This document shows positions 50,604 to 64,000 of a stretch of 64,000 bases of DNA, one piece after another (within the stretch, counting starts at the first letter, position 1; the number at the start of each line of letters is the position of its first letter). The notes beneath the pieces are model-generated. The model saw only the letters and a program-made list of their open reading frames with translations. It did not search any database and had not been told where the DNA came from. A program made the translations under genes and the position numbers. This DNA comes from Chrysomallon squamiferum. Taxonomy: Eukaryota > Animalia > Mollusca. The DNA lies in assembly GCA_012295275.1 (NCBI GenBank), contig CM022672.1, positions 5,580,001 to 5,644,000 on the forward strand, read 5' to 3'.

Positions 50604-52465
50604 GTATTTTTTTTATATATCAAAATATAAATTTGATACTGAAAACACAATTTATAACAAAAAAAAAATGTGTCCAAGATATAAGCTATTGTTAAGCAAA
50701 ATTAATTACTCACCACTATAAAGATACCGTATTTTATGTTGATACTGTGCAATATCCATGAGAAAAGTATCTTAAATTAAGTATAAATTAATGCTAAATA
50801 TAACATATTTATTATAAAGAAATTTTTCATGTGGTTCTTAAAGTTAAGCATGTAGTTATTAACAACCAAAATATAATGTTGCTTCTGCTGCAATTTTTCA
50901 GTGGTCCAGAAAATATCATTCCAACATCATGCCCTACAAGTCCACAAGCTCCCCCAGCAATTGAGGCTGCTGTACTTGGTAAGCGACTCAGACACAAAAA
51001 AATTAATTTCCTTGAAATGTTGAAAGGTGAATCAGCAGAACAGACACCTTCTGAAGAACAGGAAAAACCTGGCAACAAAACTGAGCTGCCATTGGATACA
51101 AAAAGGGCGAGTCCTCAGATATCATCACCACACAGAAAGAAACAGAAACTTAGTGATGCAGAGAAACTCAAAGTGGCTAAGGAAGAATTGAAGAAAAGGA
51201 ATATTAGTATTGGTGACAATGTTGGTAAAAAAACAAAAATACCTGAATCAGATTCTGGTTCTGGTTTAGAAAGTGAAACCACAGAATCAGCCTTTTCAGA
51301 TTCAGAGTCGGCAGCTGAATCCAGTTCTGAAAGCGAGCCTTCTCAGAAAGTTGTCAATAAAAGATACCGTTCTGTGAAGTGTGGTGCATCTCCTGTGAAG
51401 AGATCAGGTAGCTTGGATAGGAGTTCACGTGACAGTCATTTTCGTGCATTAAAAATAAATGTCAAGAGTATGTTGAAACTACGAAATGATAAAATTCCAG
51501 CTGTACCAAAAAACGGTACAAACAATGAAAAGAGGGTACTGGGTGTTCGCCATAAAGATGCAAATCCTTCAAAAAATTTTCCATCAGTGTCACAAGATGG
51601 TGACATTTACCTTGATCTCTACAAAAAGAAAAGCTCTCTTTCTATCAAGTGCTGCAGCTGCAAGAAATTCTTTTCACTGCGGAACTTCATGGCACATCAG
51701 CACTATCCTGATGACAAAAATACATTAACAACTATTGCACAACCACAACTCCTAGAACCAAGAGCTTCAAAACTATCATCAAAAGTAAGGATGTTGTGGT
51801 TAGAATTCAACAAGAAAAAGCAACAGTTGGATGGACCAGTGAAAAATGCTAGAAAATCTGTACTTCAGCAATGTCCTTTGGTTCTTGAAACATTGATGAG
51901 AATCAAACAAGACAAACAAGAACCTGTTGTGAAAATGGAGGTAGATGAATTGTCTGAAACACAGCAGGAATTGAGACAAAACTCTGGCACAGAAGACATT
52001 AAAACTGTGTGTCAGAATGGAACAATAGATTTGCAGTTTCCAGAATCAGTGAAACCAGATACAGTTCCTGAAAAAAATCTACCAAAAAAATCAGTTAAGC
52101 CAACTTTGAAAGTAAAGATTTCAAAGAGATATGCACCATCTACAGTGGGCATCCGGGTTAGTGGGAGAAAAAAGAAAGAAAGACAATTGTTTCCCATAGA
52201 AAATTACTCTTATACTAAGCAACACGTTCGACAAGATGGTAAATCTGTTACAGATGAAGATAGGCAAGTGGAAAAAAGCAGTGATGTGAATGGTACAGGT
52301 GTAGTTTTGAGACATGAAGGTCTTGATTCACTGCGTGTTTCTGGAAGTGATGGAAAGACTAACTCTGTTCCTATTTCAGCCGTTTCTTGTGATAGTGTAG
52401 TAACTTTGTGCAATGGACCAGAAATAACTAGCTATACGGCATTGCAGGAAAGTCCTGAACTGTGA
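47035..52465 (+). CDS. Ski/Sno/Dach-related nuclear protein, 1,710 aa; join(47035..50603,50902..52465)
   Basis: Two long ORFs joined by a phase-2 GT-AG intron (AG|gtattt ... tttttcag|T). In-frame TAA just upstream of the ATG; exon acceptor at 46986. DHD-like domain at ~50161-50440 and SAND-like zinc domain at ~51596-51820. Confidence 0.85.
50902..52465 (+). CDS. Ski-like gene coding exon 2: basic/NLS-like segments plus c-Ski SAND-like zinc domain
   Basis: 544-aa ORF from acceptor 50901; 'IKCCSCKKFFSLRNFMAHQH' resembles Ski '[20 protein letters not shown]'. Confidence 0.9.
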
Positions 52466-54998
52466 TTTAAAAGTTTTACCATGTTACATGTATTCTTTTT
52501 GGCAATTATTAATGTATATACAATAGGTTTCTTCATTCAAGCACACTAGCAGGTATAAAACATTATTACATAGATATTGTGAAAATAGAATAAGGGTCAC
52601 TTTACATTAGGTGTTTTCTATTATGTATTTTTGTTATGGTTTGGAGTTTAATACAGATATTGCAGTCTAGTGAGTATATCTATAATATTGACCAACACAA
52701 TGAGATCTCACAAATGAAAATATTCCAGTGTTTGGCAAGTAGATAAATATAACAATGATAGATTTCTGTTCAGTAACATGTAGGTGTATTAAGTTACCTT
52801 TATAAACAGTTAAAATGTTGAAAAATATCTTCTAGTATATTTATAAGCATCTATTTTACATGTACATGTAAAGTTAAAGGTATGGTAATAGCAATATATT
52901 AAGAACCAAAAAATAAAATGATTTTAAAAAAAGTAATAATAAAATTTTGAAATGTTATTTAAAGAATAAATAATAAACCTTATTAAACTTAAACACATTT
53001 ATTTGACTTGCAATAAATATTTCTTGATTTTCATGTTAGGATTTTTTCTATTCAAGAAAATTATATTTTTGATGTTATGATCTGTTAAAAATACATGAAT
53101 AATAGAAACAAACTCAACAAAGTAAACATTAATAGTACTGGACCAGCTATCAGGCAAGTTTGGAATTGGTAGTGGTCTGAATTTTTGGGTTTTGGATAGG
53201 GACTATATCTCTCCTTAAAATTCTTTATAAATTTACATATTTCACTAGCAAGCTGCAGTCCTGTTAGTCTTTTTAGACGTGATAATAAATAGAAACTAAA
53301 ACAAATCACACCCAAGTAGCCAGTTTCAAAAATTTAAGTAACTTTATTTCTGGAAACTGGATAAATGGTTGGTACCTACATAACATTTTATCTTAAATTC
53401 ATACTGTATTATTTTTTTTTTTTAACACTGTTCAATACAACTCTAAAATGACATTTTTTCTCAGGTGAAAATATTTCCAATTACCTTCAGCAACACATGA
53501 ATGATTATATCTACCTAGTATAAATATTGTGTACAGTTACCTGTTACATCACATTAGTAACAAGATGACTAAAAACGTGACAACCTGTAGTTTGTTTATT
53601 TAATGGCAGTGGTTTTGTGATTAGTAGTTCAGGTTCACATTCTTAAATATTTTATTCTAACATGGTATACATAATTTGCATTGTGGGTATTTGTCAGACA
53701 GGTATAAACATATATTAGTCTTTTACATAAATGTAATCTGCATTAAGTCACATAACTGTTTATTCAAAAATAACAAAATCATCATACTGTTTCAAGAAGA
53801 ATTTATTGTTTCTCTTAATTTTTTTTTTTTTTATTATTATTAATTTTTATAACAAAATTGTAGTTATGTAATTTTTTTAAGTTTTTTTTTTAAATTTCAT
53901 TTACTTTTTAGAATTGAAATTAATATCTTAATGAATTTTCAGGTATATAATTTTAAATTAAATAATGGGTTTCCAGTACTTAGTAACGGGAGTTTCATTG
54001 CTGGTTAATGATTCAAATTTTATGGATTTATTTTAATTTGCTATCAACATTTCAGATTATTTAAAATAGCCTACATTGGCAGCAGCGTTAACCATGTATT
54101 CATGGAAAGGTAGCCATTATTATTTTCACTATGACAGTCTAAAGTATTGCTGTAATAATTTTTAACACATTGTATTGTGGGTTTAAGCTCATATCAGACT
54201 TGGCCAGTTAGCCATTGACTGTAATTTGATATAGTCCTGTAGTGCTAATATTCATCCAGAAATCAGTTTGTTTTGATAGTTACAGATAAAGAAGTGCACA
54301 TCAACCCTCTATAATATATTCTTAGCTATTTTCAACTGTATTTTTTAATTATTTGTAATCAATATTATAATAATTTTTTTTTTTTTTTTTTTATTTTACC
54401 TCTATACCATGTTCATAAGCTGTCCTAAATCTGTCCAGAATTTATTCATAATCACATAAAATGTTTATTAATACCTGTTTAAGTAATCAATTAGGATTCT
54501 ATAATTCTTTTGCCTTTTCATTTACTATGTTCCAAGTAAGGAATTTAATGTCTGTGAAATTTATATGCCTTTGATGATACTGCCAAGCATTCTCTTTACT
54601 TTTATTCTTTCTTTATTGTAAGTTTTCCCAAATAAAAAAAAAAAAAAAAAAAAAACAATTAAAACTGTGCATGTTTTCTTAACTCACAACTAGCTGGGTG
54701 CTTCAAACTGTATATAACAAACATGTACAGATCATGGTTGTAAAGTATCACTATTTTTTTTTTTTTTTGGTTATTTGTATCACTCCTCATCAAGGCAGTT
54801 GACAGATTTTATGTGCTATTCTTTTTCATGTATTACATATTAAAACGTACGTACCTGGTATGTAAATATGTTGATAATCTGAAAGAAAAAAAAAAATACA
54901 AAAAGAGTTGAGTAAAGTGAATTTGTGTTGTTTTTATTCAATTCTTTTTTTTTTTAATTCTAAATCTCAATTTTTCTCTAAGCTGTGTTTAATTTAAG

Positions 54999-55002
<4 letters not shown>

Positions 55003-55086
<84 letters not shown>
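55003..55086. repeat. (CT)n microsatellite at the 3' edge of the Ski-like gene
   Basis: Seen directly. Confidence 0.95.
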
Positions 55087-55088
<2 letters not shown>

Positions 55089-56723
55089 GAATGAAGAAAA
55101 ATAAGTAACTTCTTTCTTTACACATGGCATACTAAGCCAGTAATCAACTCGTGTCTTGAATTTAAAATAATTAATTATGCTGAATGAGGAATGAATCTTT
55201 TGTTTTCGTTGTGACTATCTACCTGCTGTTTGATATTAGCTAACTTCCTCTGAATGTACACTGACTATAAATTTTGCAAGCTGAACTTGTTATTTTTTTT
55301 TTAGGTTATTGTTAATATAAACTGACATTAAACCATAGCTCACAAGTGGGGTGAGAATCGTGATCAGATCAAATATACATGCATTATTTAGCGTCACACT
55401 TGTTGGCAATTGCTTAGGTGTATAATTTTCATAGACATACGGTTAGATCAATATTTTTAAACCACATTATATTTAAAGGTAATTATACTTATAAACGGCA
55501 AGCGTACAACAAAATAAATAAACAATAAAATAAAAAATTAACTGCTGTTCATATTCTATTAGAATTTATTTTATTTATTTATGCTCTGTATATTAAAGCA
55601 CACTTTTCCATTTTATTTCACTTCTGCTGAAGTTGAGATTTACACAGCATAAATCGGTGGCAAGTGTGAAAGATCTTTTCAAATATACATTTGTATTTTG
55701 GGCAGAAAGAGGCAACATGGTATGTAAGGCAAAGCGTTTTAATATTAGTTTTGACATGTTTTATGCCGTTAAAGCCAGTTCATCACTTCCAAACGTTCTG
55801 TAGATGACTAGGCTGTGTTGCCTGCTTAAGATTCGTCTTTGTGTACTTTCAACTCATCACCAGATCTAGTGGAATACTGGATCTGGATACGCGCCAGTAC
55901 TAAGATCTGCCAACTAAAACTGTGATAAAGCTTTTGGTTGGTTGTCAGTATTTACTTGCTTGAAAGTCTACATTTACTTTTTAAGAAATACAGCGATGAA
56001 CCGTTTTCTTATTTGTTTATTTCCACAGCCTTCAAGATATGGAACCATATGTTTTCCTGTTCCAGCCAGTGTTCCAAATTATTTTCTTAAAGACATGTCT
56101 AAACGACTCCTTGCTGTTAAGTGACGATAATTGCCTATGATATGGTGGTAACAATCTATTTCTCTCAAATTTTGCTAACAGTAGAAGAACTGTTTCATAG
56201 CTTTTGACTGAAATAAAAGTTAACAAAACAACAACAAAATATTGCCAACAAAGAGAGGTTTCCATAGTGTAATCAGATGTTTTATGTACAGAATAAAACT
56301 TACACGAGCCATTTCTTTGTTAACAGGCAGTTAGTACATATTGCCTGCACAGTTCGTATAATGGCGATTAAAAGTCAACAGAATGATCGCATTTAGATTT
56401 GTTTCTCTGAAAGGAAAATTGAAATTTTAATTACTGATTCGTGTTTGGATATGCTGGTTGATTGTGGTCTATCAGCTGAACACAGAAGTCTCCGATTTGT
56501 TTTCTATTTATAGGATCATTTAATTTCCATTACATCACGCATTAATGTACCTTTATCTAACCTGATTATGATTTTTAAAAAACTTTATTTTTTTATGTTT
56601 TTAATTTTTTTTCATTCTTCTTTTCTTTTCTTTTTTCCCGTTTAGTCTAGTTATTTTGCTTAGCTTTTATAATAATGATAATAATAATAATAATAATTAT
56701 TATTATTATTATTATTGTTATTA

Positions 56724-56758
<35 letters not shown>

Positions 56759-59239
56759 TCAATGTATTAAAATTATTATCCTTTTTTAAATAACATTTCT
56801 TATATTACGTAGGTACGGTTTAAACCAAACTTGAATCATACTATCTTGTGATAATAATTTCACACAATTTTACCGCTCACTTTGTACATGTACAAAATTG
56901 TCACAATCACTGTATCGCAGGGGAAGTGTTAAAACGGTCTGGTCACAGGAAGTTGTTTTGAAACATAATTATCTGTCTTGAACATAGATTCTCGACTTGT
57001 TTGGTCAAGACAGGTTTTAAACTGGTATATCTGAAGACTGGCGGATAAAACGTTTCGAGACCAGTCGACGACGCGCCCGTTTGTTTTACTCCAGTCTGCA
57101 TATAAAAAAAAAATACCTTGCTGTTGTTAATTGATAAGAATCCACTGTTAAGACTAATCTATGGTATGACGCCAGTAAGTTGCCTTTCTTGTGTCATTTT
57201 ACAAAAATAAAATAAGCAATAAAATATCTGTATAACTCACACGTAATAATTATTCATTAATTTTTCAATGGGTAATGTTGCTATAACGGTATATTTCGTC
57301 TAATCTTCTTAACGAAATAAGAACCACCCCCCCCCCCAAACAAAACCCCACCAAAACAACAACAATAAAATAATAAGTAAATAAAAAAAAAATAAGAAAA
57401 TAACAATGTCCTGTGTCATCAAACAAATATAAATTAGTTTCATAACACTGGTGAGGTGTAATGACTATTGTAAAGGTTTTATATCTCAGTCAAGGAATGA
57501 TTTGAACTCATATAACTCAATAATCCAGTGCTAATCGATATATGAACCGTTTTACACGCATTTAAATCCAATGAAAATTCAAATACAAATGTCTCGGGGA
57601 AAATCTGTCCACAAGCCGAGCTGTCTGCCTAAGGCAGAAGTTAATGTTAATGAATTAGGGGATTAATTACACAGTGAAAAAAAACGAAATATTATCTTGC
57701 AAAACATTCCTTTTGATAGTATACGAATAAATACTACGCGATCGAATGCCGAATAGATTACGTTGTATAAAAACAAATAAACAAGTGATCCCTCGTGTAA
57801 ATCTTATGTCGACAGTACCATCAATATTTGCATATTGGTATTTTAATCGACTGGGTAATAAAAAAACAACAAAAAAAAAAAAAAAAAAAAAAAACGACCC
57901 ACGAAGATATTAATAGCTTATTTCTTGTAAACTGACAACGATATTTTAATTTCTGTTACAGTATTAAATTCTGGATACAAAATGGTGATATTAGATACGA
58001 ATGGTCTCTGGATCGGTCCTTCTCGGTTTAATAACGTCCCAACAATTGCCCCCAAGCCTTGCTTACGAAACGTTGTGGTATCTACTTCCCTTCCAGTAAG
58101 AAGATGTACGTAAAACTTTCACTGTACGTGACCGATAAAAATTGCCCAGGGCTATAGTAACTTTCAACTTTAGTAACACCAAAAGAACTTGTCGCAGCTA
58201 ATAGCAGTTAATATTAAAATACGCAGAGCTGTCAAACATTCAGTCATTAACGAAAGCTCGTTCGGTGTATCCCGTGAAACAAATAATCGTTAAAATGGAA
58301 ATGCTGCAACTTCGGCTATTCTCGGAAAACAGAAAAATCATTACACTGTTATTACTAGTGTTTATATGCTCTAGGCATCTCGGAAGCATATTTTCTGCGC
58401 ACTTTTCCCAGTCGCTCTCTTTAACGATTCCCAAGCGCAGATGCAAGAAAATTATAACAACAACAATGATGGTGCACATATTATTATCAGGTCTGGAACC
58501 AATACAAACTTCAGCAACAAAAACAAACAAAAATAGATTGAAAACAATGAACGGATTTACTAAAAGAATGCATGTAGTAGTTAATCTTGGTGTATGTACA
58601 CACAAAATAGTGTTTGACATTGTTTTTAACCATGCATATAAACGTAATTTCATGTTCTTTTCACTTGCTAGTTGAAGTACGTTTTAAGTGGTCGGACTGT
58701 TCAGGTTTCTACAACACTTTCACCGTTTTTTTTTTTTTTTTTTTTTTACAACAGTCACACAAAGCAAACGCCATATATATAGCTATATATCTATGTAATT
58801 TGAATATTAAAAAAGTAGCTGTCTTTATGTACTTTTACCCTCTTTTTTAATTGATACCTGTCCTTTTCCCCAGTACTTTATATATATATACATATTTTAT
58901 TTTATTTTACAGTTTCCTTCTACAGACGTGTTTGTGTGTGAACCACACACACATTCGACTGTTCTCACAAATATACTGATACCAGTTGAACTTTGCACCT
59001 ACGGGTAAAGAAGGTATATTGAAGGTTATACTTCTGTTGTATGGTAGTCAAGATTTTCCGTTAAATGGAAGATTTTTCCCATGTCGAAGGTCACAAGAAG
59101 TTAAGGGTTAACAGATTTTTTAACCTTAAAGGTCATGGCTTGGACGCCTTTGTTTGCAGGTATGCAAGGAGCCTTACAAAGGAGCTAGGAGTGTCTACAA
59201 TTTTCAAATAATGGGACCAAGTTAGATCGATCATGTGTA

Positions 59240-59323
<84 letters not shown>
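59240..59323. repeat. (AAT)n/(ATT)n palindromic microsatellite
   Basis: Strand switch centred at 59289/59290. Confidence 0.9.
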
Positions 59324-60945
59324 CATCATCATTTAAAAATAATTAATTTGTTTTTGATTGGTTGTGGGGTTGTTCTCCAATATTTAAATTTCTTAGTAAT
59401 TATTTCAAATAAAATTCGTATTGCAATAACAACAGTAACAACAATAACAACAAAACAACAACAACAACAACAATAATAATAATAATCTCGATACTTCTGT
59501 CAAAGAAAATATAAGCGTCTGCCATACATCGAAGGCACTGTGTACTGTTTGAATTTAGTTCATAAATAGACTAATATAACGAGGTTGTGGGGAATGTAAT
59601 TCATTAGCAAGTGTCTGATGTTACCAATCACGTGAACGTACATTATGCTAGACTTTCGACAAGTCAAAAACTGCAATTTAGTTTTCGAACGAGATTAATA
59701 AAACAGTTATTAATATAATTAAATTTTATTTTATTTTATTTTATTTTATCTTATTTTATTTTATTTTTATTTTGTTTTTCAGTCTTGCTTATTTTTAGCA
59801 GATAATTAAATAAATTATTTCTGCTGAAAGACTTTTTTTTTTTGTTTGTTTTTCTTCTCTTTTTATTATTATTATTATTAAAATTTTCTTTTCGTTTTTT
59901 TAATTTTTATTTAACCAAACTTTACAGATACTGCATTACTACACTAAGTGAAAAGAAAACGAATTTTCTTGGCACATTCATACATTGCTTTCTCGAGAAG
60001 GAAAACAGACACTGAATTCTTTGTGTTCAGCTAACATTGTGTGTGATAAAATGGCTAAGAGACAGCTGTTAGTCAACAGAACATGGTTTCAAGTCATCCT
60101 CTTCTCCCCCCACTTCACTACTGTCGTCTGCAGTAACCGTACGTCGTCAGATTTGAAAACAGTCTGTCGTTTGGTCGCGCAAAGGATGAAGGTATAGATT
60201 CAGCGCCATTACAAATATAAGCAGTCATTCAAATATAACTGTAATAGTAATAATCAGTGCTTTTTAAGGGTTGATTTGATCGAAGGACTAAAATTATAAA
60301 GAAAATACTATGTTCATTCATTTTTCTTTCTTTCTTCTTCTTCTTCTTCTTCCTTGTGAAATTCGTTTGACTACTTCTAAAATGTACTTTCAGAAAGTTT
60401 ATTTTTTTATTCTGTTTATTTCGAAGTACTACATTATTTACCACTTATATGTTCAAGTATATTCAATGTACGAGATGTTTAATCATTTAAGAAGCAGTTT
60501 CTGTTCGTGTCTCCTTTAATAATAATAATACCACCACCACTAATGACGAAAACAACAAAAAGAGAAAACTTATAATAATAAAATCAATCCTTTAATATGT
60601 CTGTTAATATCGAGGGGAAAAAAAAAAGAAAAAAAAAGAAGTAATAAATATAATTATAATAAAAAAAAAAAAGAAAAAAAAAAAGAGAAGAAATTTGATA
60701 CATAATACGTGCACAACTTTTCTCAGTTATGAATTCTGCTGAAATAATATATGTGATTAATTCATTATCATCAAAACATGTTCTTAACATTTCCGCATCT
60801 GCTCAGTCTCCTCTATAATGTTAATCTGATAAAGCTATTTAATATATTTATTTACTTCTTTTATCTTATTTATATTAGAAAATTTGGTACGGATAACGAA
60901 TGACGTGCATTTTGAAATAAACAAGAAAAAATAAACAAGAACAAA

Positions 60946-60987
<42 letters not shown>

Positions 60988-61366
60988 GTACACACACACA
61001 CACACACACTGTGTGTATGTAAATATGGATAGATAGATAGTCACCAAATACCAAATAGATACCAAATACAAAAAATTTCCATGACGTATCATAAAACATT
61101 CACTCGCCGCGACCCACTGCAAACTTGACGAAACTTGAGATGAGAGGGGGACAGCAGATAACTGCTCAATTAGCTACACGCAATGACCTAATGATATTTA
61201 ATATTTATTTTGTGCATTTTAACTGCTACTGTTCCTACTACAACAACAGCTGGGATTATTACCGCTCCTTCTACTACCACTGTATTTTTATTACTTCTAC
61301 TACTACTGCAGCTACTGTACTTATTCTTTTAACCTCTATATATCGCCATCTTCATTTTGTAGTTTT

Positions 61367-61397
<31 letters not shown>

Positions 61398-61918
61398 TTA
61401 TTATTATTTTTTTTGTTGTTGTTATTATTATTGTTATCAAGAGGTAGACGTTTTAATCTCAGATTACTATATATGCAAAAAAAAAAATTCAGCAGTCCTT
61501 TTCCTCAGGAAAAAAAACGAAAATGAAAAAACGAAAATAAAAAACGAAAAAAAGAAGAAATAATCAACTAACAACAACAACAAAATAATGTTATAAATAA
61601 ATAAATAAATAATGATGAAATAAAATGATTATTTAAGTTGTAATAATTTTAGAAATATACATCTTGCAGTTAGCTGGCTTAATTAGCACATGTCAGTGAG
61701 TTTGTTAAGTGGCTGTGGTGGGGTGGGGGGTTGAATGTGTGCGTTTAGTACGCGGGCTTACAGTGTTATGACGTAAATGCAACCGTGGATACAGGCGATG
61801 AAAAGAAAAACGTAGCAACTGAAACTTTCTCCAGAAATTAAAAGATTAATGGTAAGAAGAGAAATCTTAAAAATATTTATTATAATATTACATATTATAT
61901 TTTTTTTCGTTTGAACTT

Positions 61919-61971
<53 letters not shown>

Positions 61972-63187
61972 TACATACATACATACATACATACATGCAT
62001 ACACAAATACACACATACACACAAACATACAAATATAACACACATACCACACATATATACACCAGTCATTTTTAGTTAATGAATATATTTATTATTATTA
62101 CTGTTGTTGTTGTTGCTGCTGCTGCTGTCTTCGCAGGCGTCATATTCATCGCTGTCATTATTTACTTATAAGGAAATTCTAAATTATGTTAGTATCGTTC
62201 TCATGTGACATAGTAGTTTTATTTCTAATTACCTGAAACATACACTGGTGATAACATGGTGATAATTGTGTAGGGCTGTGTACATGTGATACATTTCTAT
62301 TCCTGTCTGTTGTGTCACACGCAAGAAGACATCTGTATGGGCCTCTCATTTGTTGGGTATTTGTTAGTGCTCGACGTAAATGAATTTTTGACGATTCTTT
62401 TTTGTGAGTCATTTTATTTCACGTGATTTTTTAAACTGGGAAGTAGAAACTTTATCTTTATGGATAAGCAGGATTTGTGGCAATTAAATTAAATTTGTGA
62501 TATTCTAAACACGTTGTATTTATTTTATTTGTCAAATGTAATACATTTCTTCTTCTTCTTTTCATTATTTAAAACTTATGTCTAATTAATGAAAAAAAAA
62601 AAAAAAAAAAAAATCTTCTGTTTTATGTCCACTTCCTTTCTTCTTTAAAAATAAATATATCGTCTGTTCCATAACCCATTTCTATCCTTTCCTCTATTTT
62701 TTTTAATATAGTGCGCTAAGAATTTGGTACAGTAATACTACTTAACGTCCACATTAGTTTTAATTATTAGTCAAGCCCCTTCCCATTTTTCTTTGATTCT
62801 TTTTGTTTTTCTTTCATTCGTTCCTTCCTTTTACGTTTATTATTTTAGGAACAGAAACCGGTTGATAATTAAAATATCATAAAGAAACATATACATGTAT
62901 ATGTAAAAGGACAGAGGTGATATGTTAGAACGAACACATCACTTAAAGTCCACTAGTATAAATCAATGGTGATTACTGAAAGCTAGCGAAATACACAAGA
63001 ACCAGCAGCTGCGCTTTACTCAGACTGTCTACAAGGCAAAATCGATGTTAATAATTCACGAAGTCAGAATAACATTTCATTACTAGCGCAAAGACTTTCT
63101 AGACTGAACGCAAGGCTAAATAATGAATCGAAGACCAAAAATGAAACGCATGTGTATAACAACAACAACAACAACAACAACAAAAAA

Positions 63188-63230
<43 letters not shown>

Positions 63231-63495
63231 GTTACAACAATCCTAAAAAGGCTGACCAGGAAGTTTTTGACAAATTCAAACAATATAAAAAAGAAGAAAA
63301 AAAAAAAAAAAAAAAAACAAAGGAGGAAAGGAAAGAAAGAAATGAATACAATTTACTAGGCTGAACTTTTGGCCACTCGCTGTCGACATATTGCAGACGA
63401 TCAATTCGAAGAAGCCTTGTCGAGTTCAGCGATTTTCGCGCCTGAAGCTTCTGCATCGATTTCAGAACCAGACTTCCAAGTCTTTTTCTACTGCA

Positions 63496-63509
63496 GCGCC
63501 ACCTAGCGG
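63496..63509 (-). promoter_or_regulatory. CTCF-type binding site
   Basis: Minus strand CCGCTAGGTGGCGC closely matches the CTCF core consensus, in a CpG-rich patch. Confidence 0.6.
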
Positions 63510-64000
63510 CTTGTCGGTGACTGTTTAATGATAATGAAGTTAACCAGAGGAAGTCTGTCTCATGCAAAGCAAAAGTTTGACATTTTTGAAGAGGAAAATT
63601 TATGGTAGCCAAAGAAAGGACACTCCGGAAACATATGACGTAATACAACGAATCAAATTAAGTTATCATTTTGCGCGACATTTTCGTCCTTGTTTTGTGG
63701 AGGGAGGGAGAGAAGAAAAACAGATACTTAATAAATAAATAAATCATTAATTGCATTTACAATAAGAAAAAGTTAAAAGAAAAAAAAAAAATAAAGAATA
63801 AATAAATAAAATAAAATAAAAAAAAGATAATAAATAAATAAAGTGAAAAAAAAAAATTAAAAAAAGAGAAAAGAAATTCAAAAAATCATTTATATAAATA
63901 GATTAATTAAAAATTCAGATTAATATATAAATATTTCAAAATCGAAAAAATATAATATATATTAATAGTAAAATTGTTTGATATTTCGTTAAATGTTTTA

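Noticed and set aside
46998-52413. Antisense and alternate-frame ORFs within the large exons (also 6085-6522 and 15819-16094)
   Set aside because: Shadows of the real coding frames with no independent features.
55860-55890. Small hairpin starting CCAGATCTA as a possible miRNA
   Set aside because: The stem is only 11 bp, too short for a pre-miRNA.
63232-63648. 138-aa minus-strand ORF as a gene
   Set aside because: It runs into low-complexity sequence and has no recognisable domain or convincing splice structure.

Overview
AT-rich, microsatellite-dense, intron-containing animal DNA. SINE relics and a mosaic CpG pattern suggest a mollusc or other lophotrochozoan (inference). Two divergently transcribed protein-coding genes flank about 24 kb of CpG-richer intergenic DNA. 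(1) Minus strand, about 18.4 kb to <0.8 kb: I assembled 27 GT-AG exons encoding about 1,400 aa of an atypical Munc13/BAIAP3/CAPS-family (MUN, MHD1-MHD2) protein. It has no C1 or C2 domain before the MUN region, a fungal/CAPS-like N-terminal helical segment, and a ~380-aa disordered insertion inside MHD1. Splice phases agree throughout except for one 1-nt frame break at about 12,430. The 3' end is unresolved. (2) Plus strand, 47,035-52,465, two coding exons, 1,710 aa: a divergent Ski/Sno/Dach-related protein with a DHD-like domain, a C-x2-C-x11-H-x-H SAND-like zinc domain and a ~1,040-aa N-terminal extension carrying two HCF-1-binding motifs and a DSGxxS degron. An overlapping uORF precedes it. 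Non-coding DNA holds an 86-bp minisatellite, two foldback elements, SINE relics, a recurrent CGTCTGC motif, RFX/CRE/nuclear-receptor sites and a strong CTCF-type site. No RNA genes or CRISPR arrays were recognised. All family assignments come from remembered motifs, not from searches.
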